From an uncultured Gammaproteobacteria bacterium (GTDB taxonomy: Bacteria > Pseudomonadota > Gammaproteobacteria > Xanthomonadales > Rhodanobacteraceae), in NCBI GenBank assembly GCA_963835805.1, contig CAWIGS010000007.1, positions 19,855-83,854 of the forward strand: a stretch of 64,000 nucleotides of DNA, in the 5' to 3' direction. Within the stretch, counting starts at the first letter, position 1, and every line of letters begins with the position of its first letter. Shown one piece after another: positions 41,028 to 50,333 of the stretch. A program made the position numbers and the translations under genes. Under the pieces are notes generated by a model that saw only the letters and a program-made list of their open reading frames with translations, did not search any database and had not been told where the DNA came from.

Positions 41028-44000
41028 TCACGATTCGGCGCGTAGCGTCTCGACCAGCTTCGCCAGGCGCTTCGGCGAAACCGGCTCGGCGGTTTTCAGT
41101 TCCTGCGCGAACAGGGACACGCGCAGTTCCTCGACCAGCCAGCGCAACTGCGCCAGATCAGAATTCTGCGCAGAAACGCTGGCAGCGAGCCTGAGGTATG
41201 CGCTCCAGTACACGCGCACCGTGAGCATGCGCGCCTGATCGCGCGCGGCATCCTGGCGCAGGCGTTCGGCGCGCAGGCGCATTGCCTTCAGATAGCGCGG
41301 GAAATGGGACAGACGCGCTTTTTCCACATTGTGCACAAATCCCGGATGGACCAGCGCATCGAGTTGCTCGTGCAGATCGTCGTAGTTCGCGCGTGCGTAG
41401 CCCAACAATGGCGGCGTGAGCCACGGCGTCAGCTCCACGTAGGCGGCGAGAATTTCCTCGACGATTTGCAAACGCTCGACGCAAGCCGGAAAGAGTTCGC
41501 GGGTCAGATCCGCTGCCGCACGCGTGAACGCCGCGCGATCGCGCAACTGAAGATCGCGCGTGGCGAGCAGATCTGCCAGCGCCGCCTCGACAATATCTTC
41601 GCGCAGGCAATCCAGTATTTCGCCCAGCCGATCGCCGCCCCGCCCCTCACCTCTTGCCCTCTCCTGCAAGCGGGAGAGGGCAAGCGATCGTTTTGCTCCG
41701 TGCAACAAGCTCATTTGATTGAAGCGGAGCGGCAATTGCCGCTGCGCCTGCTTGATCGGTTCGCGCACTGCGCGGCGCAACAAGCGTTCCACGCCGCCGC
41801 GATGCGCCGTCGCGGCCTCGTCGGCGCGTTCGAACACGCGTAGCGCAACCGCGTCGCCCAAATCCAGCAGAGCCGGATACGCAACGAGTCCGCCCTCGCC
41901 GCGCACACTGCGCGGAATATCCATATCGAATTCGCTCACGTCCTCGCGGGTCAATTCCGCATCGACGCGGTGCGAGAATGCGGCGCGGGCACTGTCCCCC
42001 CAGTGCGCGCGAATCGAATCCAAATCGCGACCTTCGATCAGGGTTGCGCCGTTTTCGTCGTGTACGCGAAACCGCATTGCAAAATGCGCTGGCAGGACGA
42101 CGTCGGCAAAATCAGTTGCCGCGATCGCAACGCCGGTAACGCGCGCCAGATAAGGCGCCAGTGCCAGCGTCAGTGCCTGCTCGCGTGGCGGTTCTGCCGC
42201 GACGAAGGCGTGCGCAAAATCCGGCGCCGGCACAAAATTGCGGCGCAACGACTTGGGCAGGCCACGGATCAAATCGGCGACTTTGTCCGCCAGCAATCCA
42301 GGCACGAGCCATTCGCAGCGTGCCGCCGAAACCGCGTTCATGAACGCCAGCGGGATGTGCAAGGTGATGCCATCGTCGGCATCGCCCGGAATGAACCGGT
42401 ACTCGAGCTTGAATGCGTGCCCGGCAAATTCCAGCGCCGGCGGAAAATCGCTGGCGCGAAGGCCGGGCTCATCGGTCAGCACGAAATCCAGCGACCAGCG
42501 CAATGCCGCCTGTTGCGTCGGCGTCGCATGCCGATACCAGGCGTCGAACGCGGCCATCGTGTGGATGTCTACGGGCATTTTGCCGGCGAAGAATTCCGTC
42601 AGTTCATCCTCGCTTTTGACCATGCCGACGCGGCGTTGCTTGGCCTCAAGCTCGTGCGCCTGCGCGAGCACGCGTGCGTTGGCGCGCACGCAATCGGCGC
42701 GGCAGTCGATCTCGCCGCACGTCAACGCCTCGCGCAGAAAGATCGAGTGCGCCGCCGCCGGATCCTGCGCGCCGAACTGCACCGTGCGCTTTTCCACCAG
42801 AGTCAATCCGAATAGCGTCACCTGCTCGAACGCCAACACCGCACCGCGCCTGCGCGACCAGTGCGGATCGCGAAAAGTTCTCCTGATCAGATGCGCAGCC
42901 TGTTGCTCGATCCACTCCGGTTCCACCCGCGCGCACTGCATTGCGTAGACTTTCTGCAAATCCAGAATCTGTCCGGCCAGCAGCCACGGCGGCGGCTGTT
43001 TGGCCAGTGCCGAGCCGGGAAAGATCCCGAAGCGACGCTCGCGCGTGCCGCGGTAGCTGTTCTTCTCATCCTTGTGCGCAACCTGCGCGGGCCAGCCCGA
43101 GAGCAGGCAACGGTGAATGGATTCGTAACTTGCCCCGGAATCGTTCAGCTGCCAGCCTGCCGCTTCCGCGATCAGCAACAATTGCCGATGCAATTCGCGC
43201 CACTCGCGCATGCGCAAATAGGACAGGAAATGTTCGCGACACCAATCGCGCAATTTCGATTGGGTGCACTCTTCGTGGGCCAGCACATGCGCATGCCACA
43301 GGTTCAGCACGCCGATGAAATCGGAGGTCTTGTCGGCAAACACGGCATGTGCCGCGTCGGCTGCCTGACGCGCATCGGCCGGTCGTTCGCGCGGATCCTG
43401 AATACTCAAAAACGCGGTTACGATCAGCAGCTCACGCACCACACCCAATCGACGTGCCTCAAGCAACATGCGCGCCAGCGCTACGTCGACAGGCAACTTC
43501 GCCATCTGCCGACCAATGGGGGTAAGGCGCTTGTGCGCATCTACCGCACCCAGTTCCGCCAAACGCCGGTAGCCGTCGCCGATGGCACGCGCGTCCGGCG
43601 CTTCGACGAACGGAAATTTTTCCACGTCGCCCAACTTCAGGTCGAGCATGCGCAAGATTGTGCCGGCCAGCGTGGTTCGCAGGATTTCCGGATCGGCATA
43701 CTGCGGACGCGCGGCGAAATCCTCGGCGGAGTACAAACGGATGCAAATTCCCGCACCGACTCGACCGCAGCGGCCCTTGCGCTGATCGGCAGCGGACTGC
43801 GCGATCGGCTCGATATGCAGGCGTTCGAGCTGGTTGCGCGGCGAATACCGTTTGACGCGCGCCGTGCCGGTATCGACCACGTAACGAATCCCGGGCACGG
43901 TGAGCGAGGTTTCGGCGACGTTCGTCGCCAGCACAATGCGTCGCTGCGCACCGGGTTTGAACACGCGATCCTGTTCGGCCGCCGACAAGCGCGCATACAG

Positions 44001-44948
44001 CGCCAGGATTTCGGTCGCGCGGTATTTGCGCCGCGACAAAGCCAGATGCGCGTCGCGAATTTCGCGCTCACCCGGCAGAAACACCAGCACGTCGCCACGC
44101 GGGTCTGCCTGCGTGATCTCATCGATGGCGCTGACGATCTGTTCCGACACCCCCATGTCGCCGCGTTCCGGCGGCGGCCGCCAGCGCAGCTCGACCGGGT
44201 AGCCGCGTCCCTCGACATCGATCACCGGCGCACCGCCGAAATGGCGAGAAAAGATTTTCGTATCGATCGTCGCCGAGGTGACGATAAGTTTCAGATCTGT
44301 GCGCCGCGCCTGCAGCCGCTTGAGGTAGCCGAGCAAAAAATCGATGTTGAGGCTGCGCTCGTGCGCCTCGTCGAGAATGATGGTGTCGTAGGCGTTGAGC
44401 CACGGGTCCGACTGGGTTTCAGCCAACAAGATGCCATCGGTCATGAACTTGATCAGGGTGTGCCCGCCGGATTTTTCGGCGAAACGCACCTGGTAGCCGA
44501 CCAACGCGCCGACTTCGCTGCCAAGTTCCGCGGCGACGCGGCGCGCCACGCTGCGTGCGGCCACCCGGCGCGGCTGCGTGCAACCGATCAGCCCGGCGAC
44601 GCCACGCCCGGCGGCCAGACACAATTTCGGCAATTGTGTACTTTTACCGGATCCAGTCTCGCCGGCCAGCACCAGCACCGGATGGCACCGGATCGCGGTG
44701 ATGATTTCTTCCGCACGCGCCGCAATCGGCAGGGATTCGTCGATACGGATTTCCGGCACGCTGGCCGCGCGTGCCGCGTGGCGCGCGCACGCGATATCGA
44801 CACGCTTGCGCCAGTCGGAGAGGGCGGCGTCCGACGGTGTGCTGCCCAGTTTGTGCAGCGCGCGCGACAGCGTGCGCCGGGCGGCTAGCGATGTTTTTTC
44901 GAGCAGCGCGGCCAGCGCGGACTCCGATGACGGACGCATTGCGGACAT
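41028..44948 (-). CDS. hrpA: ATP-dependent RNA helicase HrpA (DEAH)
   Basis: GETGSGKST, TQPRRVAA, DEAHERS, TSAT, ATNVAETSLT, QRKGRCGR, C-terminal EELRVSLFAQEL (DUF3418). Confidence 0.95.
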   Translation of the reverse strand: MSAMRPSSESALAALLEKTSLAARRTLSRALHKLGSTPSDAALSDWRKRVDIACARHAARAASVPEIRIDESLPIAARAEEIITAIRCHPVLVLAGETGSGKSTQLPKLCLAAGRGVAGLIGCTQPRRVAARSVARRVAAELGSEVGALVGYQVRFAEKSGGHTLIKFMTDGILLAETQSDPWLNAYDTIILDEAHERSLNIDFLLGYLKRLQARRTDLKLIVTSATIDTKIFSRHFGGAPVIDVEGRGYPVELRWRPPPERGDMGVSEQIVSAIDEITQADPRGDVLVFLPGEREIRDAHLALSRRKYRATEILALYARLSAAEQDRVFKPGAQRRIVLATNVAETSLTVPGIRYVVDTGTARVKRYSPRNQLERLHIEPIAQSAADQRKGRCGRVGAGICIRLYSAEDFAARPQYADPEILRTTLAGTILRMLDLKLGDVEKFPFVEAPDARAIGDGYRRLAELGAVDAHKRLTPIGRQMAKLPVDVALARMLLEARRLGVVRELLIVTAFLSIQDPRERPADARQAADAAHAVFADKTSDFIGVLNLWHAHVLAHEECTQSKLRDWCREHFLSYLRMREWRELHRQLLLIAEAAGWQLNDSGASYESIHRCLLSGWPAQVAHKDEKNSYRGTRERRFGIFPGSALAKQPPPWLLAGQILDLQKVYAMQCARVEPEWIEQQAAHLIRRTFRDPHWSRRRGAVLAFEQVTLFGLTLVEKRTVQFGAQDPAAAHSIFLREALTCGEIDCRADCVRANARVLAQAHELEAKQRRVGMVKSEDELTEFFAGKMPVDIHTMAAFDAWYRHATPTQQAALRWSLDFVLTDEPGLRASDFPPALEFAGHAFKLEYRFIPGDADDGITLHIPLAFMNAVSAARCEWLVPGLLADKVADLIRGLPKSLRRNFVPAPDFAHAFVAAEPPREQALTLALAPYLARVTGVAIAATDFADVVLPAHFAMRFRVHDENGATLIEGRDLDSIRAHWGDSARAAFSHRVDAELTREDVSEFDMDIPRSVRGEGGLVAYPALLDLGDAVALRVFERADEAATAHRGGVERLLRRAVREPIKQAQRQLPLRFNQMSLLHGAKRSLALSRLQERARGEGRGGDRLGEILDCLREDIVEAALADLLATRDLQLRDRAAFTRAAADLTRELFPACVERLQIVEEILAAYVELTPWLTPPLLGYARANYDDLHEQLDALVHPGFVHNVEKARLSHFPRYLKAMRLRAERLRQDAARDQARMLTVRVYWSAYLRLAASVSAQNSDLAQLRWLVEELRVSLFAQELKTAEPVSPKRLAKLVETLRAES
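41644..41684. repeat. Palindromic repeat inserted in-frame in hrpA
   Basis: CCCTCACCT-CTTGCCCTCTCC-TGCAAGCG-GGAGAGGGCAAG with a perfect 12-bp stem; translated as LALSRLQERARGEG. Confidence 0.75.
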
Positions 44949-45169
44949 GGACGAACCCAGATGAGCGAACGCGATCGGAAATATTGCCTGTAGCGGATGC
45001 GACAGTATAGAGAGCGCGCGAGTAGCGCGGATACCGCCGCTGCACTGCGCGACGACCAAGCAGTCATTGCCGCGGAAGCAAGCGGATGTAAATCCTCGCG
45101 CCGCTGGCGCAACAGGCGTCCGATCCGGATAATGCTCACTCCGCCAAGGCCTGGATCATGGGATTTACG

Positions 45170-46087
45170 ATGCGTGTACGTTACCCGCTCTTCGCCTTCG
45201 TTCTTTGCGCGCCACTGCGGCTCTGGGCGTGTGCCTGTGGCTGCGGCGTATTCGATGTCGGCGCCAGCAACCTGTTGCCGCAGAGCGCGGGTACCCAGGT
45301 ATTTTTTCAGGCCAGCTTCCTGGATCAGACAGACAACTGGTCGGGCAGCTCCAGTGCGCCGGCGGCGGACAACGAGGACAAACACATCCGCTCCGAGTTT
45401 TACGACGTCGGGATCCAGCACATGTTCAACCGCGACTGGGGCTTGAGAATGCAGGTTCCCTACACCCAGCGCCACTTCGCCACGCTGGACGACGATAGCG
45501 GCGCTGTGGATGTGTTCGATCACGGCGCGATCGGCGATATCCGTATCATGGGCATGTACACCGGATTTTCCGACGACATGTCCAGCGGCCTGTCGTTCGG
45601 GCTGAAATTGGCCAACGGCGACTGGAAATATCCCGGTTTCGACCGCGATACCGAACTCGGCAGCGGCAGTACCGATTTGCTGCTCGGCGGTTATCATCAG
45701 TTTCGTTTCGGCGGTCCGAACAGCAACTGGAGCGGTTTCGCCCAGGTGCTTGCCGACCTACCCGTCGCCACGCAGGACGGCTATCGCCCCGGAAACGAGC
45801 TCGATGCCGCGTTCGGCGCGTATCCCGCCGGCTGGCGCCTCGGTACTGGTGTGCAGTTGACGCCGGTGCTGCAAACCCTGATTTCACTGCGCCGCCCCGA
45901 CAGCGGCGCACAAGCCGATCCGGATTCCACCGGCTATTCACGTCTGCTCGCCGCGCCCGGGCTGGATTTGCGCTTCAACCACCTGCGCGTTTTCGCCGAC
46001 ATCGAAGCGCCGCTATGGCAGAACGTGCGCGGCGATCAACTCGTGGCTCCATGGCAAGCCAAACTCACCATCAGCCTGCGCCTGTAG
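45170..46087 (+). CDS. Putative outer-membrane beta-barrel with N-terminal CACGC motif (MetA-pathway phenol-degradation/transporter-like)
   Basis: Signal peptide followed by ACACGCG; GDIRIMG, LGSGSTDLLLG, amphipathic strands. Confidence 0.65.
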   Translation: MRVRYPLFAFVLCAPLRLWACACGCGVFDVGASNLLPQSAGTQVFFQASFLDQTDNWSGSSSAPAADNEDKHIRSEFYDVGIQHMFNRDWGLRMQVPYTQRHFATLDDDSGAVDVFDHGAIGDIRIMGMYTGFSDDMSSGLSFGLKLANGDWKYPGFDRDTELGSGSTDLLLGGYHQFRFGGPNSNWSGFAQVLADLPVATQDGYRPGNELDAAFGAYPAGWRLGTGVQLTPVLQTLISLRRPDSGAQADPDSTGYSRLLAAPGLDLRFNHLRVFADIEAPLWQNVRGDQLVAPWQAKLTISLRL

Positions 46088-46099
46088 CGACAAGGTAAA

Positions 46100-46252
46100 T
46101 CAGCGTTTGGACTTGCCGGCGGATTTCGGTTTCGCCGGCGCGGGCTTGTCCGTATCCGGCCGATAATCGCCGATGAGCGATTTCGCCGGGCAGATCGCGA
46201 ACACCGGACATTTCCGGCAACCTACGGCAAGCGCAACGGGACAGAGCACCAT
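46100..46252 (-). CDS. 50-aa four-cysteine small protein (not in ORF track)
   Basis: GGGAGA RBS 5 nt before ATG 46252; MVLCPVALAVGCRKCPVFAICPAKSLIGDYRPDTDKPAPAKPKSAGKSKR*; mostly G/C-ending codons. Confidence 0.7.
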   Translation of the reverse strand: MVLCPVALAVGCRKCPVFAICPAKSLIGDYRPDTDKPAPAKPKSAGKSKR

Positions 46253-46322
46253 ATTGTTCTCCCACAACCGCGACCGGCATATCCTACTCCGATCATACCA
46301 GGCCTGATCCGAGTGGCACCGG

Positions 46323-47636
46323 TTACGCCGCTACCGCCGGCCCGGGCAAGCGCTGCGGAAAGCGGATCGTCGCGGTCGTGCCTGCGCCGAGCGCGCTGTG
46401 CATTTCCACCGGCCAGCCAAAGCGCTCGGACAGACGTCGCACCAGACTCAGGCCCACACCGTGGCCGGCACTGGCGCTGCGGCCGCCGCGGAAATATGGC
46501 TGGAACGCATGCGCGATTTCTTCCGCACTCATGCCGATGCCACTGTCCTCGACGCTGACGCAATCCGGATCGATACTCACGCGCACGCTACCCGATTCGG
46601 TATACAGACAGGCATTGCGGATCAGATTGCCGACCACCGCCGCGAATACTCGCGGTGGTGCGTGCAAAGCGAAACTCGTGCGTTCGACAAGTTCCAGCGT
46701 CACCGGTTTGCCTTCGAGCAGCGGTCGCGCGCGCTCGATTTCCTCGCGCACCGCGTCATTGACGGTGAAATCCTCCTGCGGCAGGCCGGTATCGGATTCG
46801 CGCGCCAAAATCAGGAACGCCTCGAGCATCGCCTCCATGTCGCGCACCGAACGGCGGATGCGCAGCAGCGTGCGCTGGACGAACGCCGATTGCTCCTGTT
46901 CCTCCAGCAAAACATCCGCGGCGATCTTGATTACGGTCAACGGGCTGCGCAGCTCGTGGCTGGCATCGCGGGTGAAGTTGCGCTCGCGCTCGACGAATTC
47001 CTCGATGCGGCTGGCATAACCATGCAGTGCGCGCGCCAGGGTTTCCACATCGCCGTCCGGATCGCTGGATAAATTGCGCGGATCCAGCAAGGCCGGATCC
47101 GGCCGTTTCGGGTCCCAGTCGCGCACCGCCTTGGCCAGCGCGATCACCGGCGACAATGCGCGCCGCGAAGCGCGGTACGTCAACCAGGTGGTGATGTAGA
47201 TAATCAAAAGCACCAGAATCAGCGGCACGAAACCGAACAGGAACGCGAGCCGCCCGACCTGCTCCTGATTGAACACCAGATACAGCCGCCCCGGCGGGCC
47301 GTCGGAAACCAGCACGAAAGCGCCGTTGTGCTGGATGCGATGATATCCCGGCTGCAGATCGCGCAGTGGCGCCGGCAACCGCGTCGCCGCCGCGGCGGAC
47401 GTGCGCAGATAGCCGGTCATGTTGTTGGTTTCCGGCACTGGCGCGGCGTGATTGCGCTGCCAGCGCTGCCAGTAAAACGCGGCTTCACCGGTGAGCGCGC
47501 GCTTGATCAGCACGTCCTCGAGCACGGTGGCCGCGCCGTAGACGCCGAGAATGGTGGCAAGGCTGATCGCCGCCACTTGCAGGACGTAAACCGTCCAGAT
47601 CTTGCGGCGGATGCCGGCGCGCGGCGTGGGCATCAC
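46323..47636 (-). CDS. Sensor histidine kinase (ColS-like)
   Basis: Two TM segments, ERNFTRDASHELRSPLTVI, GNLIRNACLYT, GHGVGLSLV. Confidence 0.9.
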   Translation of the reverse strand: MMPTPRAGIRRKIWTVYVLQVAAISLATILGVYGAATVLEDVLIKRALTGEAAFYWQRWQRNHAAPVPETNNMTGYLRTSAAAATRLPAPLRDLQPGYHRIQHNGAFVLVSDGPPGRLYLVFNQEQVGRLAFLFGFVPLILVLLIIYITTWLTYRASRRALSPVIALAKAVRDWDPKRPDPALLDPRNLSSDPDGDVETLARALHGYASRIEEFVERERNFTRDASHELRSPLTVIKIAADVLLEEQEQSAFVQRTLLRIRRSVRDMEAMLEAFLILARESDTGLPQEDFTVNDAVREEIERARPLLEGKPVTLELVERTSFALHAPPRVFAAVVGNLIRNACLYTESGSVRVSIDPDCVSVEDSGIGMSAEEIAHAFQPYFRGGRSASAGHGVGLSLVRRLSERFGWPVEMHSALGAGTTATIRFPQRLPGPAVAA

Positions 47637-48361
47637 GCCGTCTTGCTGGCGGCGACTTCGGCGTCCAGATCCGCCAGCCGGTAGCCGGCGCTGTGGATCG
47701 TGTGGAGCAGCGGCTTCTGGAACGGCTTGTCAACTATTTTGCGCAAATTGTACAAATGGCTGCGCAGCGTATCCGAATCGGGCAGCAGGTCGCCCCAGAC
47801 TTCACGCTCGATGTCCGCGCGACTGACCACACGCGGCGATTCGCGCATCAGGATCGACAACAATTTCAGTCCGATGGGCGAGACTTGCAGGTCCTGACCT
47901 GCACGCGTCACGCGCACGGTGGCGGTATCGAGCACCAGATCGCCGACATTGAGCAGTTCGGCACTGACCTGGCGGCGGTCACGCCGGATCAGCGCGCGCA
48001 CGCGTGCCTCGAGTTCGCGAATCTCGAAAGGTTTGACAAGATAATCGTCGGCACCGGCGTCCAGACCGACAAGCTTGTCCTCGAGCGTGTCGCGCGCGGT
48101 GAGCATGAGCACGGGTGTGGATTTTTTCGCGTCGGCGCGCAGCTTGCGGCACAACGCCAGGCCGTCCATGCCGGGCAGCATCAGGTCGAGTACGATCACG
48201 TCGTAGCTGTTGGCTACCGCCAGATGCAGACCAGTCACACCGTCGGCGGCGTAATCCAGACTGTAACCGCGACGCTCGAGGAATTCGCCGACCATCTCGG
48301 CGATGCCGCGGTTGTCCTCGATCAGCAGGATCAACCCGGCCTGTTCTTCGCGCTGTCTCAT
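47633..48361 (-). CDS. OmpR-family response regulator (ColR-like)
   Basis: IEDN, DYAADGVTGLHLA, LDLMLPG, LTARDTLEDK, PDSDTLRSHLYNLRKIVDKPF. Confidence 0.92.
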   Translation of the reverse strand: MRQREEQAGLILLIEDNRGIAEMVGEFLERRGYSLDYAADGVTGLHLAVANSYDVIVLDLMLPGMDGLALCRKLRADAKKSTPVLMLTARDTLEDKLVGLDAGADDYLVKPFEIRELEARVRALIRRDRRQVSAELLNVGDLVLDTATVRVTRAGQDLQVSPIGLKLLSILMRESPRVVSRADIEREVWGDLLPDSDTLRSHLYNLRKIVDKPFQKPLLHTIHSAGYRLADLDAEVAASKTA

Positions 48362-48436
48362 GCCACGCTCCGCATCACGACTTCACCTTTGTGAAGGCTG
48401 CGCGGCGTGCGGTGATTGCGGCGTGAAAGTGCGGGA

Positions 48437-50323
48437 CTATTCGCGTTGCGGAATCGCGCGTGATCGCCGCCAACCCAGCCAGCCGAGCAAGCCGGCAAGC
48501 AGCGCCAGCGCCCAGACGGACAACGTCGGCGAGGGTACCGGTACCGCAACAGGCGCCACAATGCCCTCGAACGCGCCAATATCCGCGGCCGCGCCAACGA
48601 CGCGCGGATAGCCATTCAGGCGCTGGTCGTATGCGTAATTGTTTGGATTGCTGCCCGCATCCAATGCCGGACTGCCCGCCAGCAGGCCCATGGTCCGCGT
48701 CGGCCCACCGTTGTTGGCCAGCGGCGCCAGCATCGGATCGGCACTGAGAGTGCCGCCCGGCAAGGTGACATTGGACGAGGCGGCCATCACCAGATCGTTG
48801 GAACCGGAAATGGTCAGCGTATAGGCACTGGGCACATAGATATCGGAGCCGGGGGAACCGGAAGTGTTATTCGCCACGATGCTGCTGGTCAACGTAATAG
48901 GCGCAGGTGCATCAGCGAATGGGCCACTGTCATTAGTATAGTCGTACACACCGCCACCGTAATACGTAGCGGAATTGCCGGCGATCGTACTGTTGTACAC
49001 GCTGACGCCATAGCCGGATTCGTACAGGTATTTCTGCACCAGCGCGCCGCCCGCGGAGGCCGAATTGCCGGTAACCGTACTTTGCGCCAGATTCAACTGG
49101 TATTTCGACAGGATGCCGCCAGCCAGAAAATCGGAATGGTTGCCGGAGATCGTCGAATAACTGATATTCAACGACCCGTTGCCATTGGCATTGCCGCCAG
49201 GCGCATAACCACCGACCACGCCGCCACCTATGCAGGACGTGTTGTACTGTCCGCTGCTGCTGCAGGTGGCTGAATTGCCGCTGATCGTGCTGGCCTGCAA
49301 GCTGGCGCCATATTTTGCCGTCAGGCCACCGCCGATGCCGAGGTATGGCTGGGAGGTGCCGCTGCCGGCAATCGCGTGCGCCTTGTTGTTCGAGATCGTG
49401 GTGTAAATCAGATACGGCCGGCCCGACCATAGGCCACCCCCATCGGCGAGGAAGCCTGCATTGCTCGTCACCGTGTTGCCGGTGATCTGACTGTAGACCA
49501 AGACCGACTCGTACTTCGCAAACGCACCACCGCCAAAGGCATAGAAATCGCTTGCCGTGCCATTTCCAGCGCTGACCGTGTTGTTGGTAATGCTGCTGCG
49601 GTACATGTACAAGGCAGCGGCGGCAACGCCGCCGCCTGCAGCATCTCCCGTGGGATTGCTTGCCGTGCAACCGGTGACCTTCGATTGGAACAGAGCGACG
49701 GCTTCATTGGGCGCCAAGATGCAACCACCAATCGCTACCGGATTACCGTCATACGACTGCGGCGCTACGCCGTTTTGCACGGTCAGGTACTTGAGCGTGA
49801 GGCCGTCCGGGCCGCCGTTGTTGGTATCGTAGAACACGCGGTCGGCGCCGTTGCCATCGATAGTGACATGGTTAGTCGGTGCACCTGCGGTCAGGGTGAG
49901 ACCACTCACCGTAACCGGCAACGCACCCTGGGTCAGGGTGATGGTGCTGTTGTTGCAGGCGGAAAGGTCGATGACGTCGCTGGCGACGGCATTGATGACC
50001 TCATAGCGCAAGGTGCCCGCCGTGGTGCCGCTGGAAGCGTTGTCCACGCAACTGGTCACCGTCTTCGTGGGTATGGGTGCTGCAGGCAGCAGTTGCGGAC
50101 GATTGAACTTGTGCGGAGTGCCGTGTGCAAACAGCTTGAGCTTGCCCGGATGCTGGGCAAGGTATTGTTTGATTTGCGTCACCTCACTGCGGAAGTGCTG
50201 CATACGCGCGGCAAATGCCGGGTGGCCGGAAGTGCCAGCGTCGGCGGACATAGCAACCGCGCCCAAGGCCAGTGCCAATGCTGCCGCCAGCGGTTTTACG
50301 CAAATATCACGAGAATTGGCCAC
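48437..50323 (-). CDS. Secreted beta-helix protein with choice-of-anchor Q domain and IPTL-CTERM-like sorting tail
   Basis: GTG 50323 with a purine-rich RBS, signal peptide, GTLR, STISGN/GGG repeats, DPMLAPLANNGGPTRT...DQR...DIGAFE, tail VPSPTLSVWALALLAGLLGWLGWRR. Confidence 0.85.
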   Translation of the reverse strand: MANSRDICVKPLAAALALALGAVAMSADAGTSGHPAFAARMQHFRSEVTQIKQYLAQHPGKLKLFAHGTPHKFNRPQLLPAAPIPTKTVTSCVDNASSGTTAGTLRYEVINAVASDVIDLSACNNSTITLTQGALPVTVSGLTLTAGAPTNHVTIDGNGADRVFYDTNNGGPDGLTLKYLTVQNGVAPQSYDGNPVAIGGCILAPNEAVALFQSKVTGCTASNPTGDAAGGGVAAAALYMYRSSITNNTVSAGNGTASDFYAFGGGAFAKYESVLVYSQITGNTVTSNAGFLADGGGLWSGRPYLIYTTISNNKAHAIAGSGTSQPYLGIGGGLTAKYGASLQASTISGNSATCSSSGQYNTSCIGGGVVGGYAPGGNANGNGSLNISYSTISGNHSDFLAGGILSKYQLNLAQSTVTGNSASAGGALVQKYLYESGYGVSVYNSTIAGNSATYYGGGVYDYTNDSGPFADAPAPITLTSSIVANNTSGSPGSDIYVPSAYTLTISGSNDLVMAASSNVTLPGGTLSADPMLAPLANNGGPTRTMGLLAGSPALDAGSNPNNYAYDQRLNGYPRVVGAAADIGAFEGIVAPVAVPVPSPTLSVWALALLAGLLGWLGWRRSRAIPQRE

Positions 50324-50333
50324 GGTCCCACCC

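Noticed and set aside
5815-44888. Many long overlapping or antisense ORFs (e.g. 5815..7569, 12285..14213, 16108..18369, 36975..39218, 42861..44888)
   Set aside because: Expected shadow ORFs in high-GC DNA; Arg/Ala-rich with no family motifs, and opposite clear genes.
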